A stretch of DNA of 64,000 nucleotides from the human T2T-CHM13v2.0 reference genome, Homo sapiens, in the NCBI RefSeq assembly GCF_009914755.1, contig NC_060944.1; one strand, given 5' to 3'. Below the pieces are notes generated by a model, which was given only the letters and a program-made list of their open reading frames with translations, made no database searches and was not told where the DNA came from. How positions within the stretch are numbered: position 1 is the first letter of the stretch; each line of letters starts with the position of its first letter. Shown piece after piece: positions 14,323-29,673 of this stretch. The position numbers and the translations under genes were made by a program.

Positions 14323-17300
14323 TCAAATTATTAATATGGCTAGATATCCTTTACCGAGCACTTGCTATGTGCTGGGCCCTGTTTTAATAACTCTGGAGGC
14401 ATGTTATTCACTTCTTTTTACAGCCGAGGGAGTCATTTTCTTTTGGTGACACAGCTGGCAGATGGAAGAGCGAGGATTGCATACGCAGGGCTGCCTGACT
14501 TCAGAGCCAGGAGTCTCCATGCACAGGGCCCTGGGATGCTACACTCCAGGGCTCTGTGATGCAGTGGCAGCTGATTCACACAGGACAGGGAGTGGGCTCC
14601 TGGTTCTGGTCTTGCCCAGTCCAGGATACTTTTCCCAGCTGAGTCAGTCTGGGCCGGGACAGACAGGGCTGCCTCACGCACACCCTAAGACAGCCTCAGG
14701 TCAGGGCGCTGCCCAGACCTGATGACTCAGGAGTGTACTCCTGGATTCAGTCTTGCCTTCCAAACATCTCCCACAGATCTACTCTGCTGCCAGCACCATG
14801 CAGACACCGAGAGGCACAATCCCTACCCTCACAGACCATCCACTCCAGTACCCATAATCATCACTCAGCCACTACCCTGTGGAGACACAGCTGATCAGGA
14901 CAGAGTCTCAGGTCCACTCCCACCAAACCGCTTGCCAAAAGAAAGTGTCAAAGGTCCCGGGCAGCCCTACAGTACATCAGTTACCCTGCTCCCATCCTGT
15001 AGCTCCACCGAGTGGGAACAATGTACCCTCAAGAGCACAGGAAACATTTGGATGCCCATCACCCTTCCTCCAGCTTCTGGGCTCAGGCTTCTGTTTGCCC
15101 AGAGAACAGCAGCTCTGAGCAAAGTTCATTATTCTACTAATTAATTCAAACACTAAAGTGCCTAGTATTTGCCAGGAGAGTTGGGGTTTTTCATTAAGTT
15201 CAATACACCATGCCCCTCCCGCTGAAAGACATTCCCATCTTCTCCAGACGCCATAACTGCAGGAGCTGGGGGTCTGCTTAGAATCACAGAATGCCAGGAC
15301 CCAAGGAGCTCCTGTCCTCCCGTTTCACACAACTTGAATCTGAGCCCGGAACAGGGCAGGGACTTGCCCAAGGTCACACAGAGCGTTCGCTACATAACTC
15401 AGGATAGAAAGAGGTCAGGTCTCTGTTTCGGACACCCCAGGCAGTCCTTCACTCAGCTGAGACTGCCATTGACAAAGGAGGGTGTCTGAGAAGGAACATC
15501 TGTCCCTAAGATAAGGTTATTATCATTGCAGGAGAGGCCCAGGAAAGCTGCTTCAGAGCCACTCCTGTACTCTCCCCACTGGGCTTCTGGGGAGAGGCAG
15601 GTGGAACCTGACCCTCATGCACCCTCTTCCACCCCCACAGAGGGAGAATGCTGGATTCCCGGAAGGGAGCGGGGTCAGGCCACAAGGAAGGCAGTGGCCA
15701 GGAATCACTCTCTCCCGGGGAGTGGGGAGAATGCTGAACGCTTGGCACCCGTGGGGGTGGAAAGCCAGAGAGGTTAAGTGCTGCTCAGAGATGACTTCAT
15801 GACTCGGGAATCAGGAGCTGCCGGGCTGCTGGTGCTGGAATTCAAGCCCCCGCACATAGCCCGTGCCTGTGGCTTTGGTTTGGCAGAGCAGGAGGAAGGC
15901 TCCTCATGGCTGCCCAAGTGCCTATACCTAAGGGCAGGGTCCCTGTGCTCCTACCTCCATCTCCTGTGGCAAATCCCCCAAGAACCCAAGTGACAGGCCT
16001 TAACCAAGCACACAGCCTGTCTAGGTCCTTTTAATAGTCCCTTTTTGCAGAGATGGAAACAAGGGCTCAGAAAAGTAAAGTCACTTGTCCAAGGCCACAC
16101 AAGCAGGAAGTAGCCACACTGGGCCAGAACCCAGGCTTCACTGACCTGGACATTTAACCACAAACACATAAACACACGCATGAACACATATGTACACGGG
16201 GTCACCAGCCTGCCCCAGGCTCCAAGGGAGCCCTGTTAAGTAGGGGGGTCAATCTAGCCGGGAGAAAGAAAGAATGGTACACTTTGGCCAGCTGTTGACC
16301 AGGTCAAAGTCCTCAACAGGGGCTGTAGTTCCATCAGGAGACTTGTCTCAGGCTGAGAGACCTTTTCCCACCCCTCACTGCCCCCAGGAGCCATGGAAGG
16401 TTGTTTATGCATCCAGCCTCTCTTTCAGTATGTGAAAGTGCTAAGAGGTATTTCAAAACAACCCATGGGATTAGCATGCCCACTGGCTGTTAGGAATTAC
16501 CTCCGTTTTACATTAGAGAAATGAAGGCTATGAGCGAAAGTGGGGCGTGAAGATCTTGCAGCCAAGTCAGCAGCAAAACCAAGGCTGAAACCAAGATTTA
16601 TTCCCAGTTCAGCCCTCTTTGTGGGCACCTGTTCATCCTTAACCCTTCATTTTTATACTCAGTTTCCAAAAAAGAAACTAGTCTAGTCTGAAGTCACCCC
16701 GGGGCTCCGCGGCACGGCCTGGATTCGATCCTATTTCAAAGCTCTGAAAAGATGGAGTCTTCAAAGGCTGCATTTAGATGAGCCCAGGATTTCCCTCCTA
16801 CAGCAAGTCAAGGGGCTGGGAAGAAACTTCTTCCAGCTCCCAGTGGTGATAGGAGGACACAGGGAATTAAATCTCTCCTTGAGCTCTGGAAGCCCCCTCT
16901 CTGCCCTGTTTTGGTCCCTTCTCCACCCATGACCTCTGACAAGAGGGAAGGCAACTCCAAAGTGGATAAGAGCCATTTAGGACTAGGCCAGCAAGACGGG
17001 ACCAAGCCCCGTGGGATTGTGGGCAATCACTCTTTTTTGTGTAAAGGTTGGGAAGGCACCAACGGTCCTCCTCTCCTCCGCCCTCTTTTCAGATAAAGCC
17101 CATTGAGTCTGGGGTGACTTTGAAGAACCAGGCCACCCAGCAGCCAGGCCCAGCCCTGACCAGAGATGGACCCCGCCCTGCTCCTGGCTAAGAATGTGGT
17201 CTGTTCTCCTCAGCTCACCCCACCTTTGCCCAGGCATGTGTGTTCGTGTGTATACATGCACAGGCACCCTCTCTGGGCTCTCAAGTCTCCTTGTATCTTT

Positions 17301-17330
17301 GTCCCTTTCATGAACACACAACAGAAATTA

Positions 17331-18008
<678 letters not shown>

Positions 18009-21000
18009 CTAGTCTTTTGGCTATAGGCATGAAGCTACGAAAAGGTCCTATCCCAACCCTATCCCCAAATCCTATGGCTTCTATCACCCCAGGAAAAGCA
18101 TGAGTGACTAAAAGGAGTATCCACTACATGCCAAGCACCATGCTGGGTACTTTGTTTATACAAGTTCATTTAAATGGCAAAACAGCCTTGCAAGGTGCTC
18201 TACCCATTTTGCAGATGAGAAGACTGAGGTTCAGCTGAGTCACTTATCCAACGTCATGCAACTAGAAAGCTAGAGCTGGGATTCAAATCCAGATCTTCCT
18301 CAAGAACACGTCCCAACCACAACTAGGCTTCTCACTGCCACCCACTCTTCACTTCTCTCCAGCCTAACCCGCCAGTCCACAACACACTGGCTGGGCCAGG
18401 GCTCCAGGGCAACCCTGTCCCTGCCTAGGAGTAAACAAAGGTGAAAGTGATATCACTTAAACAAAGGAACAGAAACTTGGCTGGGGCACCAGAGAGGAGT
18501 TCAGGGTCAGGGCTTGGATAACTGTGAACTAATGAGAGCCTCTCCCGACCTGGCTCCTCCCCAGGGGAGGTAGGGTCGGGGACACACTTGACCCTTCTTT
18601 CAGGAGGCAAGACCAGAAGGGTAATAACTGGGCAAGCCAAATTTAGTGGGGAGAGGGGATGGTGAGTACCTGGGGCTCCAACACCTGGACCCACCAGAAT
18701 GATTTCTAGCAGGAGACCCCCAGCAGCGTACACTACTCGTAACTGTTCTTCCCCACCCCACCCACTTCTTAAGGGCCAGACATTCCCCAGAATGGCTAAA
18801 ACCTGGGGCCCACAACTGTGACTCTACCACCCAGAGTGGTTGTGCATCAAGGCAGATTCACAAGTGTGAGTTCTGCCACTTCCTAACTATATGAGCTTGG
18901 GAGTTTATTTCATCTCTGAAATCCTCAGTTTCCTCTTTTGTGACTAGGGCTGGTAGCACCTTGCAGGGTGATGAGGATTAAGAGGAATGCATTTGTGTGT
19001 GCAAGGGACCCAGCACGTGATCAATGAATAGTGGCTGTGATTAACCCCTACCTGCCTTCCTCCTGGCCAGTGGGATCAGTGCTCAAAGGATCAGAGGCCT
19101 GGGAAAACTTGCAGAGGCAGTTCTGTTGCTGGAAGGAAGCTAGCCTGGGGACAGGGAGATGGTGCTTTGCAAACTGTAAAGGAATATAATCTATAATAGG
19201 TTATCATTTTGCTTCTGAGCCCAGAGACTTTTCAACAACCAATCAGGTCCCTTCAGACTGTGAAAAAAAGATACAGAGATAGTCAGAGACCTGCCCAAGG
19301 TCACACAGCTTTGACCACCTGTCCTAAGCAGACAGAGGTAAAGACCATTTTTATTTTCCCCGAAGGTGCAAATGACAGTGACCAGAAACACCTGAAATTC
19401 TACTTGGGGACCTGGGTCCCCAGGGACAAAATAAATAAATAAAAATCTAGAAGGTAAAAAGAAACTACACACCAATCCATGGTCTGGTGCTCTGGTGCCT
19501 GAATGGTTAAACCAGGTCTGGGGGTGGGGGTGGAGTGAGGGTTCAAATGTCGCCTTCAAGGTCGGGTTACTCTGAACACAATCACTCAGGAGAGAGCCAG
19601 GCCTGGCACTGCCTGCAACCAGCTTTTCACCAAGCCTCAGGGCAGCCCATTCCCACAGCAAGAACTCCAGGATCCTAGGGTGCCAGCTAGAAATGGGGGA
19701 AGGGTTCAGGAGCCTCTGGATGTCTCCCTGCCAGGAGCTGACCCAGCACCCTTGTTACTAACTCCCTGGATGATCGTGGACAATTCCCTTCTCTGAGCCT
19801 CAGTTTTCCAATCTGTAAAAGACAGGTCTCAAAGAGACAAGCCTCCCTCTGTCCCAGCCCAGTAACCAAGCTGGGCATTGCTCCGATTACCGGTGGAGAC
19901 AGCCAGGAGGGGGCTGGCTCCCTCAGGGCCTCAGAGACAGAGGTGCATTGAAGTTGGAGCTTGTAATCTAGGCAGCAGATCCGAAATCCCTGCTGGATCC
20001 GAGGGCTAGGGAGGCTCTCGGGATGTAAACAAACCTCCTGTGTTCTCAGAGCAGAGTAGAGAGCCCACGCTGCAGCCTTATCTCAGCTGATTAGATCAGC
20101 CCTGGGTGCTGGCTTCCTGCCTCTTCCCAGCCTCCCTCACCGACCCCCAAGGAAGCCATCCTCCAGACCAGGTCAGTCTGTCCCACAGACGGCTCCGGCA
20201 GGGCTTCTCCAAGGCAAGGAGTATCCCCACTCTGGGTAGCCGGGCCAGCCATGTGCCACATCTGCCCCCACGCCCAGAGGCTAGAGTGACACCGCCAGTC
20301 CCCGCAGGCCTGGCCACTGACTGCTGGGCTTCACCAAGTCACTGTTTCCACACATACCAGCCTCTCCCTGCCTCCCCTTTCCATTACCCCAGGTGTCACC
20401 TGACCAGCAGCCTCTTCTACTGTGCCAGAGAAAACTGGAGCAGCCGAGCTCCCGGGCCTGGAGGACAGGGGGAGGGGTGAGATGCAGCCTGAAGGGGTGG
20501 GGGCCGCTGAATAGGAAGGTCTGGGCTGAAGGTGGGGGTTGGGGGAAGCAGGAGGCAAGAACAAGGCTGGGAAGTGGGGGAGGGAGGAAGGATAGCTGTA
20601 GAAAGGTCAAAGCCAGAAAGAACTGCTGAGATCAGAGTGACCTTTTGGGGAGTACTGCAGCCCCCTGAAAAGGATAAAAAGGTCTAAACCCCAATAACTG
20701 TAACTCTTAGTTTACATTTTCAACATATGCACAGACACCACCTCCCCAAAGCCAAACTCTGGCCGGGTTAAGAACCCTTGTCTAGGTGCTAATAAAGCCA
20801 GAACTTTACAAGTTTGCCAAACAGCGATGATGACCTTTGAGTGCCACAGGTGTTTTATAGAGGACACTGGAGTTCACATCAACAAAGTGACGTATTAACT
20901 GTGTGTGTCCCTGGGTGAGCAGCAGAGCTAGGACGGGGGCTGGAGTTTTCTGTACCCTCTTTTTCAGTCACCCAGCCTTCAGCAGATGGGACCAGAGAGG

Positions 21001-24000
21001 CCCCAGTGAGATGCAAGAATGTGCCCAAGGTCACCACTGTGTTAGTTAATGACAAACAAGCCCAAGAAGTCAGGCTTATTCTTCTAAGGTTAAATGAGAC
21101 CCCAACTGTTGACATATGTGTTCTCTCTCCTCCCTCTCTAGGGCACCATGCAGTGAAAACATACGAGAAACTGGCTTTTCAGAACACTGTACCTTTTCTG
21201 TCCACCAACACCCCACCCCTCAAAGTGCTATTTGCAATCACTCAGCCTCCTTAAGGGTAGAAACTCTGCCCCTCCAGCACAGGAGGGTGACCCCAGGTCC
21301 TGGACAGTGTCCAGAGTGGTCTGATACCCTTGGCAAACCCCCTGCCCCCTCTCCCTCCAGGCTGCAAACTGTTCAGCATGAGGCTCCAGCAAATCCCAGC
21401 AGGAGAGGTGGGGCTGCCCAGAACTGGTTCTTGTTTAAACATAAACCCATTCGATAATTAGCAAACAGCCCACTTCTAAGATAAACAAATAGGAGATTTG
21501 GACTCCAAAAGCCCCACCCTAGATTTCTCCCTTCCCACCTCCCAGCTGTGGGGGTAGATAAGGGGGATAAGGGGGATGGAGAAAGCTTTCCAGGAGACCT
21601 GGGCTCAGAATCTTCAGAGATAGGACCCCCTGGCATGAAGGTGGCCTGGGCAAGGAAGGGAACTGTCACTAAGTAACACCTCCTCCCTACCAGGCATGGT
21701 ACTAGGTGCCTTTATTTACAGCCCTGTCGTCTCCTTTAAGCTTCGCCACACCGGTATCATGATCTTCTTAACAGACCAGGAGGCTGGGGCTCAGAGGTGG
21801 AGTAGCATGACTGAATTCATGTAGCCAGTAAGAGGTGGACTTCGCACGTCTGGAGTTAAGTCTGTGTAACACCAAGCCAATGTTTCAATGCCCTCTGGCC
21901 AGCCCCAGGAAGCAAAGAGGAGTCCTCACAAACATCAGAAAATCCTGGGGTCACACCAAACCTGAACAGTACCAGCTTTTGCTCTCTGAAAAAATGCAGG
22001 CCAGTTGCAGCCTCAGTTTTGCCTTAAAGAGGAAAAAAGTACTACCTGCTCTGCAGAGGTCTAAAGCCCAATTTTGAGGACTGGCTGCACAATGTACAAT
22101 GTCAAAGTCTACATGCAGGCAAGGGGCTGTGAAAGTGCGGGACCTAGTACAAACATGTCCTGTATGTCCCCTCGAGGCCCCGGACACTGAAACAGTGACT
22201 CCCAAAGGACAAGGTAAAACTCTGAGCTCATTCCAACACCCCCACCACAGAGCTGTCCTATTAGCCAAGAGTTTGAAAGGAAATGGGTGACTCAGGCAGG
22301 CTACGCTAGCATGCAGTGACTCACAGCGCTCGGTCCAGCCCCTTACCCCAATTTTAAGCATTCATTTGGAAATCACACTCGCCTGTCCAGTCCGGGAGGT
22401 TGAAGGACAGCTAGGAGCCAATTTCTCCCAACAGGGAGCTGGGGCTGGGAGCCCAGCCTGGCTTCCCCAGCTCCTCATTCAGGCAGGCTCAGCACTCCAA
22501 GTCCTTGGAAAAGCCCTCTGTTTCTAGGAGCTGGGGATGGCAGGAGCTGAATGTCCCCCCGCCACCCCAACTTCTCTTCTGAGACTGGGATTTGTTTAGA
22601 CTCTTCACCAAGGAGGCCAGCAAAGGGCCCCTCCCCTCATCAATGGGCTCTCTGGGCAGGAAGGACCCTTGGAAGGCAATGGTCCAGCCTCCTTATTTTA
22701 GAGTTGGGGACACTGAGACCCAGAGACAGGGCATGTTTGCTCAAGGTCACCCAGCAACGCAGAAGTAGGACCTAAGGTATCTACCTTCAAACCCAGCAAA
22801 TTTCCTCATCTGGAATATTCTGAGGACACTCAAACCAGACACCTTGCCCTATCAGAAGGACCTGGTTCTGACCTTAGGAAGCCACTGCATTGTTCCGAGC
22901 ATCAATTTCCTGTAAAAATAGAGAAAATGGTACCTCGCAGTACTGGGAGATACTCATACTAGCAATAAATAACATTAATGAACCATTTAGAATAAAGTTA
23001 CATGCACGAATTTATTCATTCATACAAGCATTTCCTGAGTACAAACTAGGGGACAGGTATTTCACAAAAACAAATAGAGCAGAGTTCCTGCCCTCGGTGT
23101 GCGGGGGGAGAGAGGGAGGGATTCAGCATTTGGTGGAGTATGTTAATTCCCTCAAGTTAATTCCTTCAAGAGAGAGACCTCTTTTGAATAGTAGGTACTT
23201 AAGTTATTAATCAAATTGAGAGATGGAAAGGACTCTGGAGGCTACCCTGTTCAAACCTTTCATTTTAAGGTGGGGGATGTCAGCCCAGCGGGGAAAGAGG
23301 CCTCTCCCCAACCTCACGGAACCCTCCAAATCATGGCCCAAATATTTTCGTGGGTGTTTGATAACTCCCTGGGCTCAAGAAGTCCCAAGAGCTCTCACTG
23401 TTCACTCAAGGGTCCTAGAAGCCCCTAGGCTTCCGCCCCCACCCCTACTCCCATGTAATCAAGAAGAGGACGCTGTAGAAGACCAGAAATGTCCTTAAGC
23501 TAAAGTACACTTGATAGGTGATAGGTGGGGGACACTTCCCCACAACCGCCTGGGCCTGGGGCCAAGTCAGTAGGCTGTGCCCCTGGGTAGGAACACCTTT
23601 GGGTGGAGGGGACTCCCAAAACAAGGCTGCCTTTAATTGGCCTGAGAGGGAGTGGCAGGAAGGCAGATCAGGGAATGCTCCCAGCTGGACAGGAAGAACT
23701 GGTTTAGTATAGCAAGCCCAGCCAAACAGAGGAGAGGACAGCTGGGTACTGAGCCTGGGTTCCCTTCCAAAATATGGGGGTGGTAAGGGGAATGATGGAA
23801 CAGTCGGGCGAACACCACCCACAATGGGAGGGCTACTAGTCAGAGATCCTGGGGTCCTGGATGCCCTCTACTAACCCAAAGTAGTACCATTTTACCTCTC
23901 ACATTTGGAAAGTGGGCATAATAGAATCCCCATGTGACAGGTCTTTTTGTGAGGACAAAATGCACCAGATCTGTCATATAAAAAGTACTCTATCACTCCT

Positions 24001-25739
24001 AACTGCTATTAGCAAAGTCCTTCTCCCTGGGCCTCACTTTTCTCTACCTGCAAAAAGAAAAGGACACGCTGGATCATCTCTTCAGTCCGAGCCAACCGTG
24101 ACTATGTCTGATTTTTCCAACCACAATCTAGAAAAGAGGGAGGGGACAGGCCAAAGGGGAAGCCCTGTGCCCCAGTTACAGGCAGGAGGTCTGTGACATT
24201 AGCCAGGAAGGGGAGAGCTGAGGTCAGGATGAGACTTGACACCTATCTCAGGAAGCAGCTGCCCAGGGCTGATGTCTCCTGCAGCTGATGGGTCACCCAG
24301 GCAGGACTGACACAGTCCCCTTCCCCCAAACTACATCCTTCAGAATGCCCCCAGGACACAGCTGACAGCTCAGCACCCTGAAGCACCTGAAGGCTCAGCA
24401 GCCCCTGGGAGGAAACTGGCATGTGACTGGGCACACGGTGACCTCAGCAACCTCCTGGGTCCTTTCCTCTTTTTCCCTGTACTGCCTAGGTGGTATCCCT
24501 TCGGATGCTTCCCCAGTTGCTTGACCCGACACATCCTTCAGGGCCTAGTTTAGAGCACTGTGCTAGAGGCAGAAGGCTTGGGTCCTCAGCCACTAACATT
24601 TTAGGCAAGGTAGCCTTTGGTTTAGGTTAAGTCATCACCTCACTCTGGCCTTGTTTCCTTCCACCTCAGAATTCCTTTGCCTTCCAGCATAAAATCTCAA
24701 CCTATTCTAAACCCGTCTTTAGTTACCAACGATGGGACACCTGGAGTAGCACAAAGAGTAGAAGTTAAGCTAAAGCAGAAACTTGAAAGCCTGGCTGCCT
24801 AAATTTCAATCTGACTCACCCATTTATTGTGTATTAACTGTGTGACCCTGGGCAAGTTACTTAACCTCTCTAGCCTCAGGACCAGTTTAAGAACAGTACA
24901 CAGTCAGATTGTTGTTGGAATTAAGCTCCTTGATATACCCATTAGAAAGTTATTAGAGCAATGTCTGGCCCCCCGACAAAGGCGCTCCACGTTTGCAATC
25001 ATCATGGCATGCCTGGAATTGTGCTGGAAGTATTGCCTAGGGTCTCATTCATTCCTCAAGAAGAGCCTGCAGGCAGAATCAACCTTCCGCTAAGTAAATT
25101 CAGAGGAATAGGAGCCCCAAGGCTTTCAAAGAAATTAACATTAATGGTTAAACTGCAAGGACTCACTCGCTCTGAAAACTGGGGCTAAAGGGCACAAAGG
25201 GGGCACAAAGCTCAGGCTGTGGGGGACAGATTGCCTTCACCAGTAATTCCCATGCCCCCCAACTTCCCAGATGAGATTGCCCCCCTCCTCCTAAGCCGGC
25301 TGCGGGCATGGATAGAGCTTCTGCTGGCCCAGGGACAGCTATGACGGAGGCCAGTGGACAGTGAGAAGGAAAGGTTTCCCTGGGCTGATTGAGGCCTTCT
25401 CTCCCCCCTACCCCCTTCACCTCACTCAAGGTGGATGCTTCAATTTTCTTATCTGCAATTGAGAAAAAATGAACACACTTCTTGCAGAAAGCAGAGGCTC
25501 AGCTCCTGGCTAAGTGTTCAGTCTAAACCATTCCTCTCCTCTGTCCTCGAAAAGAGCAGAGTCCCCAACTTTCTAGAAACCCTAACGCAGTGTCCCCTCT
25601 TGCCCCATTCCCTCAGACCCTTGGTGCAGTATTGGGAAGAGATTCAGAAGGGCAGGACTTTGCCCTAAGTCACAAGTCAATGACAGAGCTGGGGCCAGAA
25701 CTGAGGTTAGGGCTCAGTTCTCCTTGGTGTGTGAAAGAG

Positions 25740-26520
25740 GGCCTCGCACAACCCTAAAACCCTCCCCCTTCAGAGTACACGCAGCCCCCCGACCCCCAGG
25801 GCCATCTCGGATCCTAAAGCTGTCTGCTCTGGGCGCCCCGAGAGCGAGGAGGGGATTCAGCGCTCCAAGCCTGCCCCAGGGTCACCAGGGAAGGGACGAG
25901 GGTGTGGGAGTTGAAGAGTTGACACCGGCTTAGTCACTAACGAGCCCGTAGCCCGCGGCGGGGCTGAGGCCCGGGGAGGCGGGAAGAGCAACAGGCGAGG
26001 GGCGCACGGCGCGTGAAGCCATCCCGGAGCTGGCCCGTGACCCTGGAGCAAAGTTTCCAACAAAGTTTCCCGGGCCTCGGTGTCCGGTTGGGGGTAGCGT
26101 ACCCCCTGATCTGCCCCCCCCATCCCACGCTCCGACGAACAAAGGAGGCACCGGCCTGCGCCCCCGCTTCGCCCCCAGCCCGGGAACCTCCAAGCACCCA
26201 CCGACTCGGCGACTCCGCCTACGAAGAGCAGCAGCAGCGCGAACAGACGGGCGGGGGCCATGGCACCGCGGACTGGAGAAGGCGCGCAGGCTGCGGCGAG
26301 TGGCCCCGGGCGGGCGCGCCACCCATCTTATAGGCGGCCTACCGGCCCCGCCCCGGCCCGCCCCCGCCCCGCCGCCCGCACCCCGCCCGGAATTCCCCAG
26401 TGGAAGCGAGGCCTGCGGGGCACTGCGCCCGCCCGCGGAGTTGGAAACCCCAAGGGACCCGCCCTGCCCGAGCCCGCCGGCTCCTACTCAACCCCTAGTC
26501 CTACCCTCCGGGAGCTCCAA
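25740..26520 (-). promoter_or_regulatory. SDC4: SDC4 CpG-island promoter with TATA box, GC boxes and a kB site
   Basis: Dense CpG. Minus-strand TATAAG at 26327-26332, several GGGCGG boxes at 26345-26388, GGGGAATTCC (NF-kB consensus) at 26389-26398. Confidence 0.9.
26202..26261 (-). CDS. SDC4: Syndecan-4 exon 1 coding part (signal peptide)
   Basis: GCCATGG Kozak context; MAPARLFALLLLFVGGVAES; GTGGGT donor at 26201. Confidence 0.99.
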
Positions 26521-26972
26521 CTCCCTTTATTTATTTGACCCACTGCCAGGCAGGTCCCCAGAGATCACTGCGGCTAACCCCATTTTATAGTTGGGGAAAC
26601 TAAGGCCCAGGGACGGGAAGGACTTCCCTAGGGTGTTGAGTTTAGACCAGCCTTCATACCGGGTGTGCTCCCCTCTGAAGACACAGAACTTCCCAAATGG
26701 GATGTGAACCGTGTTAAGACAGGGGACAGCAAACTATTCTGTAAAGGGCTAAATATTTTAGGTTTTGCGGGCCATACGATCCCTGTGGCAACTATTCAAA
26801 CTCGAGCGTCGTAGCTCAAAAGCAGCCATAAATACTAAAGGAATGAGGGCGGCTAGGTCCTAATAAAACATTATTTATAGACACCGACATTTGAATTTAA
26901 TATAATTTTCATGTGTCACGAAATATTATTATTCTTTTGACTTTATTCCCAACCATTTAAACATGCAAAAAT

Positions 26973-27266
26973 CGGCTGGGCTCTATGGCTCACGCCTGTA
27001 ATCCCAGCACTTTGGGAGGCCGAGGAATAGGAGGATCCCTTGAGCCCAGGAATTGGAGACCAGCCTGGGCAACCATAATGAGACCCCCATCTCTACAAAA
27101 AGTTTTTAAAGAAATTAACCAGGCATTGTGGTGCACCCCTGTGGCCCAGCTACTCTGGAGGCTGAGGTGGGAGGACTGCTTGAGCCAGAGAGGTGAAAGT
27201 TGCAGTGAGCCATGATCGCTCACTGCACTCCAGCCTGGGTGACCGAGTGAGACCCTGTCTCAAAAA

Positions 27267-27313
<47 letters not shown>

Positions 27314-27314
27314 A
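26973..27314 (+). mobile_element. AluJ-like element with (TAAA)n microsatellite tail
   Basis: Alu consensus; about 12 TAAA units at 27266-27313. Confidence 0.9.
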
Positions 27315-27337
27315 TGACATTTTAAAATAAAAATGCA

Positions 27338-27717
<380 letters not shown>

Positions 27718-28824
27718 TCAGAGTGGCTGACGTCTGTTCTAAGGGCTTCATCTACCAGATTTTGAACTTTTTCAAAAGTTTGATCTCTCTGAGAACTGGT
27801 CTGCAAGTTTATTTCCATTCTTAGGGTAAGCTTCCACCCTTTATAAGAGAAAGTTGTGTGTCCTCCTTACCCTTCATCCTCCTAACAGTGCATTGGTGGG
27901 AGCAGGTTGAGGGAAGAAGTGGAGGGGGGTGCTATATGGAGACTGTAAAATTCTCTGGGTCCCCAAGCACACGTACTGTTGGAATTATTGCAGGGTGTGA
28001 AGGTGGGCATTCTACGATGATCGAAGTACAAAAGAAGCCTAACCCTGTCTCTCCCTGACTTATGTATAAATCTTTCTAAGGGTGTAACATAGCCTTAGAA
28101 GTAGGACATTTTGGCCACTGTTGGCATATTATGAATTCATATACTTTGTGGAGTGGAGAATTGGTAGTGACTTCCCTTTTTCCACCTCTTAATTATTATC
28201 AAAGAATAAAAGTCTCTTGTGGCAGAGAACCTTGGCAGTAAAGCAAACTTCAAATGCTGACCACGGGGTTTCCACAGATTTAAAGGTAAGCAATGACTTT
28301 CAGTGGTTTTTAACATGCTTCCCTAGGATTTGGAACAAAACTGAGAAAATGAAGAAATCTCATGCCAGAATAAGAAATCCTTTTGCAAGTTAAATGGTTT
28401 GCAATCTTTGCTTTCCACAAAATTGCAGGGGGGCCTAATCTAGTTGTCAGTAGATAGATCATTAAATATAGAATAGGTAACTGTGATTTTAGTTATCTAT
28501 TGTCACACTGTTGTAACAAGAGTTCTTCTGTTCCTACCAACTTTTATAAGTTTCTCAGCACTTACAGCCAGTGGTGTGCCAGTAAATGTTTGACAATTGG
28601 CTAGGGGAAGTGGCGAGTGCTAATTTGCCAATTTCTGTAGTGTAAATACTACCAGCATGGCTGATTTCAAGCTACCAATGAGATGTCACTGAACATGGAG
28701 CTGGGAAGATATATTTCTACCACACAGATACAATAGGTGCAAATAATCTCAAAAGCATGGATAACAGTAAAGTGTAGTGAGATAATTAGTAAGTGATGAG
28801 TTTTGAGTATTTATTTCCTTTATG

Positions 28825-29125
28825 GTTTTGTTTTTGTTTTTGTTTTTTTGAGACGGAGTCTCAATTTGTCACCCAGGCTGGAGTGCGGTGACGCAATCTC
28901 GGCTCACTGCAACCTCCGCCTCCCAAGTTCAAGCGATTCTCCTCAGCCTCCAGAGTAGCTGGGACTACAGGCACACACCACCATGCCCGGCTAATTTTTG
29001 TATTTTCAGTAGAGACAGGGTTTCACCATGTTGGCCAGGATGGTCTCGATATCCTGACCTCGTGATCTACCCGCCTCAGCCTCTCAAAGTGCTGGGATTA
29101 CAGGTGTGAGCAACTGTACCCGGCC
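28825..29125 (-). mobile_element. Alu (AluS-like)
   Basis: Alu consensus. Confidence 0.95.
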
Positions 29126-29230
29126 TCCTTTTTTTTTAATATAATTGTATGTTCATATAAATTAATTTTTAGTAATAGTTATGTTTAACAACTGGCTAAT
29201 GACATAAAAAAAAAAGCAACAAAAAAAAAA

Positions 29231-29391
29231 CAGGATCTCTCTCTGTAGCCCAGGCTGGAGTGCAGTGGCAAAATTATGGCTGATTGCAGCCTCAACCTCC
29301 CAGGCTCACGAGATCCTCCCACCTCAGCCTCCTGAGTAGTTGGGACTAGACATACGCCACCACGCACAGCTAATTATTATTATTATTGTTA

Positions 29392-29423
<32 letters not shown>

Positions 29424-29534
29424 TTGGTAGAGACACAGTCTTACTATGTTGCCCAGGCTGGGTTTGAAGGCCTGGGCTCAAGCAGTCCTCTCAACTTAGC
29501 TTCCCAAAGTGCTGGGATTACATGGCACCCAGCC
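29231..29534 (-). mobile_element. AluJ-like element with an internal (ATT)n expansion
   Basis: Alu consensus; (ATT)n at 29373-29422. Confidence 0.9.
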
Positions 29535-29673
29535 ACAAAATTTCTAAAAATTGACTTTCATGAACCACTACAAGATGGCTTTACCACACCATGGTTTGAC
29601 AGCTATAAAAAATGAAAAATAGGAATAAAATTATTGCTAAAACCTGTTTCATTCTAGCAATATTCGTTGAGGT

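Larger units (their letters stand above)
28570..29594. mobile_element. MER63-like hAT relic interrupted by two Alus
   Basis: Starts CAGTGGTGTGCCAGTAAATGTTT; internal GCTGATTTCAAGCTACCAA; ends ...CCACACCATGG. Confidence 0.6.

Noticed and set aside
25724-26590. Several overlapping ORFs around SDC4 exon 1
   Set aside because: GC-rich CpG island depleted of stop codons; only the 60-nt SDC4 segment is supported.
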